From NCBI GenBank assembly GCA_022729235.1, contig JALDAJ010000001.1:32001-96000 (forward strand): a stretch of 64,000 nt of DNA. Direction: 5' to 3'. Position 1 is the stretch's first letter; the number at the start of each line of letters is the position of its first letter. The stretch comes from Candidatus Nanohalarchaeota archaeon (lineage in GTDB: Archaea > Nanohalarchaeota > Nanosalinia > Nanosalinales > Nanosalinaceae). The notes below the pieces were generated by a model. The model was not told where the DNA came from and made no database searches. It saw only the letters and a list, made by a program, of their open reading frames with translations. Below, piece by piece: positions 58,190 to 64,000 of this stretch. Both the position numbers and the translations under genes were made by a program.

Positions 58190-58981
58190 ATGTTTACTAG
58201 AGAAAAAAGAAGTGCTGAAGAAATTTATAGGTTCTCAAATAAGTCGAGAGGTTATATCCAATCAGCCTTTGAAAACGGTTATGAGAAGGACGTGCTCAGT
58301 TTTTTATCAGAAATTTATATTCCTCTGGTTGAAAGATATCTTAGTCTCGATCCAGATTTAAGAACACATGATGATTTTCCGGAAGACATAGATTACTGGG
58401 AAACGAGACTTGAAGGATTTGAAGGCGATTTCGATTATACTCCTCTTGAGGTCCCTGATCTTTACAGAGGGTTCTATGAAGAAGTGTATAATCTATGGGA
58501 CGATACCGATTTTGATAAAGTAATAGGTATCGCCACCAGCGGACTTCCTTTTGCAGCCATAGTCGCAAACCTTACAAACACACCGTTTGAAATGGTGAAA
58601 TACTCTCACTGGGATGGGAACGATGAAAGAGTAGTAGATAGATGGATAGGAGACAGTCTACAGGGGAAAAAAGTTGTACTTGTAGATGATACTATATCTA
58701 CAGGAGAAACCGTAGAGAACGTAACTAATTACCTTAATAACCAGGGCGTCTCAAGTATTCACGGTGCATTTCTAAAAGCCAATTCCAGATGTGCAAGTAG
58801 AATCGAGGAGAACTATGAGGAGTTGCTGATTATTAGAAAAACAGGAATAGAGCCTCTAATTCGACAGAACCTAGAAGAAGATATCAAAAAACTTCAATAT
58901 TTAAATCCTGAAGTCTCTCACCAAGAAGAGAGGTTAAAAAGTAGAAAACCTAAAACAGACCTGCCTCTACCTCTAATGTGA
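58190..58981 (+). CDS. type I phosphoribosyltransferase-domain protein
   Basis: GIATSG and VVLVDDTISTGET motifs; AT-rich. Confidence 0.85.
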   Translation: MFTREKRSAEEIYRFSNKSRGYIQSAFENGYEKDVLSFLSEIYIPLVERYLSLDPDLRTHDDFPEDIDYWETRLEGFEGDFDYTPLEVPDLYRGFYEEVYNLWDDTDFDKVIGIATSGLPFAAIVANLTNTPFEMVKYSHWDGNDERVVDRWIGDSLQGKKVVLVDDTISTGETVENVTNYLNNQGVSSIHGAFLKANSRCASRIEENYEELLIIRKTGIEPLIRQNLEEDIKKLQYLNPEVSHQEERLKSRKPKTDLPLPLM

Positions 58982-59027
58982 ACACGGTATTTAAAGAAAC
59001 GTCGGGTATGAAGGTGCTAGGTGCGAC

Positions 59028-59567
59028 CTACTCAAACTCTTCCCTGTAGAGCTCCTGCGACCTTTCAATTGCTTCCTTCGCTTCTTCGACATCTCCCCAG
59101 CCCTCGATCTCGACTTCTTTCTTGGGCTCCAGGTTCTTGTAGGTCTTGAAGAACTCCGAGATCTCTTTTCTCGTGTGTTCTTCGATGTCGTCAAGGTCTT
59201 CGACATCGTTCCACCGCGGGTCTTCTGTCGGTACCGCGATGATGTTGTCGTCCTGTTCACCGCCATCGTCCATGTAGAGGATTCCGACTGGTCGGCACTC
59301 GATCACGCATCCTGGGAATGTTGCTTGCGTTGTCAGCACAAGGATGTCCATCGGGTCGCCGTCCTCGTAGTATGCCTGCGGGATGAAACCGTAGTCTCCC
59401 GGGTAGTGAACCGCGCTGTGAAGAACTCTATCTAGAACAACACTCTCCATGTCTTTGTCGTACTCGTACTTGTTCTTGGTTCCCTGAGGGTTTTCGATTA
59501 CTGCATAAATCGTGTCCGGCGCCTCGCCGTCCGGTCCTGTCGGATAGTCCTGCCACTTGTTAACCAT
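59028..59567 (-). CDS. ppa: inorganic pyrophosphatase
   Basis: KYEYDK, YGFIP, DGDPMD and FFKTYK motifs. Confidence 0.97.
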   Translation of the reverse strand: MVNKWQDYPTGPDGEAPDTIYAVIENPQGTKNKYEYDKDMESVVLDRVLHSAVHYPGDYGFIPQAYYEDGDPMDILVLTTQATFPGCVIECRPVGILYMDDGGEQDDNIIAVPTEDPRWNDVEDLDDIEEHTRKEISEFFKTYKNLEPKKEVEIEGWGDVEEAKEAIERSQELYREEFE

Positions 59568-59607
59568 TCTGTATCACGTAGAAAGGATAGAGGAGAGACT
59601 TTTATTC

Positions 59608-59763
59608 TTACTCCCGCTTCTGTGTCGTGGCGGAAAGCCTTACCATAGAAACATTCTTGATGGCTCCGCACCTGGAGCATACAACTTTGACCCAGTCAAC
59701 GTTGGGTTTCTCTACAGGATTCACGTGCAAATCTCGATCACATTCGTCGCAGGTAGCGGGCAT
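59608..59763 (-). CDS. Zn-ribbon microprotein (51 aa)
   Basis: manually translated MPATCDEC...VVCSRCG...; GGAGG upstream. Confidence 0.6.
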   Translation of the reverse strand: MPATCDECDRDLHVNPVEKPNVDWVKVVCSRCGAIKNVSMVRLSATTQKRE

Positions 59764-59897
59764 CTAACTTCCTCCTCTACGAACTACTTCTCCATCGAAC
59801 TATTTAAGCATAACTTTGAGACAGTCAAGGGAGTGATAGGGAATAAAAAAGATTACACAGAACAGGGAATATACAAAGCCAAACAAGACCAAAAAGC

Positions 59898-59952
59898 CTG
59901 AAGTGCGTTCGTCTTACGAACGTGCTATGTTGATGAAACTGACAGCAGTTTC
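59898..59952 (+). ncRNA. tRNA-associated two-hairpin module abutting the tRNA-Val 5' end
   Basis: homologous to 60232-60286 and to 9604-9663 (- strand). Confidence 0.6.
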
Positions 59953-60027
59953 GGGTTCGTAGTCTAGCTTGGTTATGACACCGCCTTGACATGGCGGAGA
60001 TCCCCAGTTCAAATCTGGGCGAACCCA
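59953..60027 (+). tRNA. tRNA-Val(GAC)
   Basis: acceptor GGGTTCG/CGAACCC, anticodon arm CCGCC-TTGACAT-GGCGG, T-loop TTCAAAT. Confidence 0.95.
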
Positions 60028-60051
60028 TACGGGCGATGATATGAGTCCAAC

Positions 60052-60328
60052 GGGAAGGTAGCTCAGGTGGTAAGAGCGCTGCGCTCATAACAACTTTATG
60101 AGCGATGAGGGTCACTGTCTCGCCATGCGTGACAGTTCGAGAAGATCACATCGTTCTTTAAAGAACGATGTTCAAACACCGTTTCCCGAAAACGGTGTGT
60201 CTCTGATCTTCGACCCGATGATTAAAACATCTTGAAGTGCGTTCGCTTTGCGAACGTGCTATGGTGATCGAACTTCCAGAAGTTCGTGAGATACGCAGAG
60301 GTCGCGGGTTCGAGTCCCGCCCTTCCCA
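60052..60328 (+). tRNA. tRNA(CAT), probably elongator Met, with 203-nt intron at 37/38 (60090-60292)
   Basis: acceptor GGGAAGG/CCTTCCC; BHB with CTCA/TGAG helix and TAA/ATA bulges; CTGCG/CGCAG anticodon stem. Confidence 0.9.
60090..60292 (+). ncRNA. intron-encoded box C/D-like guide RNA (predicted target C34)
   Basis: guide TTATGAGCG followed by ATGA, with stem GGGTC/GACCC and ATGATTA. Confidence 0.7.
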
Positions 60329-60591
60329 TTTCTGCTTCCGAAATATTCGGAAGGAGATAGAGAAAATCTTTGATTTTCGAATGTATAGTCAGCGTGGTCG
60401 AGAAGCATCCGGGTTCGGATGCGTTCGTTCCCAACCTATAAACCATTCAGTTTGTAATCCAGTCCGCCCTTTCACCTGTTTTTCAAGAGATAACCTCTTC
60501 AGACTTATACAATATCCGGAAAATTCTTGAGCGCGCCATTTCTCGCTAAGTACAAATAATGTTATTAAATATTGGTATCCAATAAACCATC

Positions 60592-60822
60592 ATGGGAACG
60601 ACTACTGTTGATATTCCTGAGGCACTGGAGAATGGTATCGAAAGAGAACTTGAGAGAGGTAAGTATGCTTCCAAGTCCGAGCTTATCAGGGCGGCTATAA
60701 GAGCGTTTCTAGAGCAGGAGGATATGATTGTTGAGAGAACTCTTTCAGAAAAAGCAAAGGCTAGAATTGAAGAGGCTAGAGAACAGGACGACAGTGTTTC
60801 ACACAGAGAAGTATTCAGTTGA
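60592..60822 (+). CDS. RHH antitoxin
   Basis: TVDIP...GKYASKSELIRAAIR; paralog of 42642-42863. Confidence 0.88.
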   Translation: MGTTTVDIPEALENGIERELERGKYASKSELIRAAIRAFLEQEDMIVERTLSEKAKARIEEAREQDDSVSHREVFS

Positions 60823-60829
60823 TTAGAGA

Positions 60830-61102
60830 ATGATACCTATAGAGTATAAACCTGTAGCACAGTCAAGCATCCAAGATTTGGATGAAGAAGTCAGAGAAAT
60901 TATAGAAGAGAAGATAAAGGAAGTAAGAGAGAACGGAATCTTCAAGCACAGGAATGTTGGCATAGTTCACGATGAAGAATGGGGAGAAATATGGAGGATT
61001 AAAGCGAAGAACGCCATCGCTAACCATAGAGTGTTCTTCGATATACAGGATAACAAGATGGTCGTACTTGATGTTCTGCACAGAGATATCGCATATGACT
61101 AA
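60830..61102 (+). CDS. RelE/ParE-family toxin
   Basis: WRIK, HRVFFDI and VLHRDIAY motifs. Confidence 0.85.
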   Translation: MIPIEYKPVAQSSIQDLDEEVREIIEEKIKEVRENGIFKHRNVGIVHDEEWGEIWRIKAKNAIANHRVFFDIQDNKMVVLDVLHRDIAYD

Positions 61103-61400
61103 ATGACAGAATTTCGTTACAACATTTACCATCTGAAGAAATCATGTCTTTTGTTTAGTAGCTCTCTTCCCAACCTATAAACCTTAGAGAATACAGCTTT
61201 GATGACAGTACCCTTCACGGGTCTTCAGGTAGTTCTCATCAGTATGGACTCTGGAGCCGCATACTGCACAGAATCCTAGTCTCTGAGTTGTATCAGACAC
61301 GTATTATCTTCCCTCCCCTCGAGACATAAACTATCTGGATGTCTACTTAAACAACTCTACAGTCTGTACAATGAGTAACTTTCAGTAGCCGGACTGTTAT

Positions 61401-63074
61401 TCAAGAATGAGTGTAGTAGAACCTGTTCTCGTCCTCATACCTGACAAATCCGAAGCGTTCGAACTGTACAACCTCGTCTTCCTCTATATTGTTCGGTTCA
61501 ATCACACCCTCTACTTCCGAGGCATCAGGCATTACTACAGTTGCTTCCTCTGAACTTGTAGGCGTCCAGTGGATGATAGGCGCGTCTTCCTCGACCGCAA
61601 CAGTGTGGTCTCCCTCTACGTACTCCGCTGATTCTCCTTCAAGCTCGATATTGCATAACCCCTTGAGCCTCATGAGTCCATCCTGCAGGTCTTCCCTGTT
61701 GATAAGAACTTTGACCTTGCCGTCTTCACGGGCGAGTCCAGGAGTTCTCTCTCCTCTTTCAGGATAGTCAGGATGTAAAGGGATTTCAGGCTCCAGACTC
61801 TCCGGAACACCGCTTATCTCTATCTCTACAGGGTCGGCGACGAAGAAGTATCTATTGGACTTTTCTTCGACTATGTCACGGTTGTGGGCTTCTAGGGTAT
61901 CAACAGATGCCTCGATATCTTTCTCGTTGACACCCATCTCTATGAAGAACTCCTGTATTGCTTCAGGTCTAAACCCTCTTTTCCTTAACCCTGCGATTGT
62001 GGGTGCGCGGGGATCGTCCCATCTCTCTAGCTCTCCGTCGTCTATCATCTCTTTCAGCGTTGAACCGCTTACTGGTGCGTTGAAACCAGATATCTTGACG
62101 TTGCCCCAGTACCTTACCTCTGGATACTCCCATCCAAGATAGTCGTAGATATATTTCTGTCTCTTAGTTGATGCCCGCAAATCCTTACCGCGGACGATGT
62201 GAGTGGTCTCGGTGTAGTGATCCTCTATCGCCCCAGCGAAATCTAGCAGAGGCCAGACTCTGTAATCGTTTCCTGTCACCGGGTGGTCCGCGTCTTCGAT
62301 TATCCTGAATGCGACGAAGTCTCTTACCGCCGGGTTCTTATGGTCCAGATCAGTCTTGATTTTGAGAGTTGCACCACCCTCTGCAATATCTCCGTTCCTC
62401 ATCTCTTTCCAGTCTTCCATGTTTTCCTCCACGCTCTGACGGCGGTGGGGGCATGCTTCCCCCCTGGAACGGTATTCCTGACCTTCCTCAGGCTCACATT
62501 TACAGACATACGCCTTTTCCATCTTGATAAGCTCCTCTGCATGCTCGATGTACTTGTCGAACTGTTTCGAGCTGTAAACTATCTCATCCGGCTCGTATCC
62601 TAGCCACTCGTAGTCTTTCGGGTACATCTCATATGCATCAGCTTCTTCGGTCTTAAGCGGTCGCTTATTCCTTGGATCAGTATCGTCAAAACGTAGAACC
62701 AGCCTTCCGTCATACTTATCCCTTAGCTCGCCGTTGATCACCATTCCCCTGGCATGTCCGATGTGCGGAGGTCCGTTAGGGTTAGGCGCGAAACGTACTA
62801 CGACCTCGTCTTCTTCCGCTCCCGGCAGGTCAGGTATCGGGTCGTGCTCGTGTTCTTCTTCCTCGAACTCGTACTCTTCCAGCGCCTCTTCCTGTTCTCC
62901 GGGTGAAAGCTGGTTGACCTCAGAACATACTCTACCCGCGACTTCCTGGACTTCTTCCGGTTCGGCATCTTCCTCACTCATAATCTTTCCGATAACCGCT
63001 CCAGGGTTGCATTCTCCGCCGTACTCTACCGCGTTCTTCAGCGCGTACTTCCGGGCGAGTTCTTCAAGTTCCAT
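61401..63074 (-). CDS. gltX: glutamyl-tRNA synthetase
   Basis: RFAPNPNGPPHIGH, RFDDTDP, THIVRGKD and QFERFGF motifs. Confidence 0.97.
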   Translation of the reverse strand: MELEELARKYALKNAVEYGGECNPGAVIGKIMSEEDAEPEEVQEVAGRVCSEVNQLSPGEQEEALEEYEFEEEEHEHDPIPDLPGAEEDEVVVRFAPNPNGPPHIGHARGMVINGELRDKYDGRLVLRFDDTDPRNKRPLKTEEADAYEMYPKDYEWLGYEPDEIVYSSKQFDKYIEHAEELIKMEKAYVCKCEPEEGQEYRSRGEACPHRRQSVEENMEDWKEMRNGDIAEGGATLKIKTDLDHKNPAVRDFVAFRIIEDADHPVTGNDYRVWPLLDFAGAIEDHYTETTHIVRGKDLRASTKRQKYIYDYLGWEYPEVRYWGNVKISGFNAPVSGSTLKEMIDDGELERWDDPRAPTIAGLRKRGFRPEAIQEFFIEMGVNEKDIEASVDTLEAHNRDIVEEKSNRYFFVADPVEIEISGVPESLEPEIPLHPDYPERGERTPGLAREDGKVKVLINREDLQDGLMRLKGLCNIELEGESAEYVEGDHTVAVEEDAPIIHWTPTSSEEATVVMPDASEVEGVIEPNNIEEDEVVQFERFGFVRYEDENRFYYTHS

Positions 63075-63255
63075 GTTCAAGAAGTCGTGCAGAAATTCTT
63101 TATAACGAACGGATTCCAAGAACCAGTCTTCATAACAGCAGCTATCTACTAGCTCCCAGATAACTTGCCGAGAACAAGCTCGAAAGCAGGCAAGTTATGG
63201 CGAAGTATATCAAATACTCATAATCGATATAAGTATTGGTACATGTACACAGATT

Positions 63256-63483
63256 ATGGCTTCGAAAACAATATCTCTCAAAGAAGAAGCATATGAAAGG
63301 CTCAAAGCCCTGAAAACCAGCGATAAGAGCTTTTCCGACGTGGTGCTGGAGCTGACAGAGGACAAGAAAAAAGGCCTGGAAAAGCTCAGAGATGTCAAAA
63401 CAGACTACACTGTAGAAGAACTTATCGAAGACCGTGAAGAGGAGGAGTTCTCAGATGAAAGAAGAGAAGATTTACTTCGCTGA
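63256..63483 (+). CDS. VapB-like antitoxin (DUF217 type)
   Basis: KTISLKEEAYERL...SFSDVV. Confidence 0.88.
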   Translation: MASKTISLKEEAYERLKALKTSDKSFSDVVLELTEDKKKGLEKLRDVKTDYTVEELIEDREEEEFSDERREDLLR

Positions 63484-63826
63484 CACCAGTTTCCTTATAG
63501 ATATGATCCATGAAAGAGAAGAAACCATAGAATTGATTGAGACTGCTGAAAAAGTAATCACAAGCGCTCTATGCGCCTACGAACTTAACAAAAAGATAAG
63601 ATTTGACTTCAGCTCGATAGATGAGGCATTCATCAGACCCTTCAGAGTTGAAGATGCAGAGGAAGCCTCCAGACTTTCCAGGAAAATGGAAAGAAAAGGA
63701 GAGAAGATAAACGAGATAGACTACCTGATAGCAGCACAGGCACGAAACACAGGCATACCTGTACTAACCGCTGACCAGGACTTCAAAAAGATAGATGGTC
63801 TGGAAACCATCTTCTACAGGGACTAG
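63455..63826 (+). CDS. VapC-family PIN-domain toxin
   Basis: ADTSFLID and DYLIAAQA...LTADQDF motifs. Confidence 0.9.
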   Translation: MKEEKIYFADTSFLIDMIHEREETIELIETAEKVITSALCAYELNKKIRFDFSSIDEAFIRPFRVEDAEEASRLSRKMERKGEKINEIDYLIAAQARNTGIPVLTADQDFKKIDGLETIFYRD

Positions 63827-64000
63827 CCTATCTCAATGGTGCGCCCGTTCTCGCCTATGAAGACGTTCTCTTCTAGGCTGTATCCTTCCTCTCTCGCGAG
63901 CTCAACGTAGTCGCCGAGCTTCTGGATGGTTCCGTGTGAAGGTACGATATTCTCCGGGTCAAGGTACCGGATGAAGTCTCGGTGATCCTCCTTGTGGGCG
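63823..64000 (-). CDS. rnj: ribonuclease J (3' end, truncated by the window)
   Basis: manually translated AHKEDHRDFIRYLDPENIVPSHG...ENG. Confidence 0.8.
   Translation of the reverse strand, partial: AHKEDHRDFIRYLDPENIVPSHGTIQKLGDYVELAREEGYSLEENVFIGENGRTIEIG

Larger units (their letters stand above)
60428..61183. mobile_element. TA cassette bounded by 17-bp direct repeats
   Basis: TTCCCAACCTATAAACC at 60428-60444 and 61167-61183. Confidence 0.5.

Noticed and set aside
59557-59901. 114-aa + strand ORF
   Set aside because: Its composition is atypical and it overlaps ppa and a more plausible minus-strand Zn-ribbon microprotein.
60445-60540. Possible decayed RelE fragment on the minus strand
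   Set aside because: Too short, with an internal stop and only weak similarity.
61190-61400. Unassigned spacer before the gltX 3' end
   Set aside because: No convincing ORF, repeat or structure was recognised.

Overview
This is a gene-dense archaeal chromosome segment with a strongly acidic (salt-in) proteome, very short intergenic spacers and a fused PriS-PriL primase. It fits a DPANN Nanohaloarchaeota-like symbiont best (inference from these traits, not from a search). The housekeeping backbone includes the Suf Fe-S assembly genes, box C/D proteins (Nop5, fibrillarin, L7Ae), Nop10, aIF2alpha, aIF5B, several ribosomal proteins, RpoK/RpoL/TFS, PCNA-primase-GINS, XPB/XPD/Nre, enolase, PPase, GluRS and part of RNase J. 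Interspersed are AT-richer orphan genes (kinase-, transglutaminase-, JAB-, GNAT-, MTase- and PRTase-like), four toxin-antitoxin pairs and a ~3.7 kb island. The most unusual signals are in RNA. (i) A tRNA(CAT) carries a 203-nt intron that appears to encode a circularly permuted box C/D guide aimed at its own C34. (ii) A ~50-60 nt covarying 'D-box/stem/C-like box/stem' module occurs four times, always at tRNA loci. (iii) A tRNA-Gly has a D-loop intron bounded by a 9-bp direct repeat. Also notable are a TFB whose N-terminus is replaced by transmembrane helices, a histone C-terminal fragment in frame behind the primase stop codon, and several cassettes bounded by duplicated sequence.
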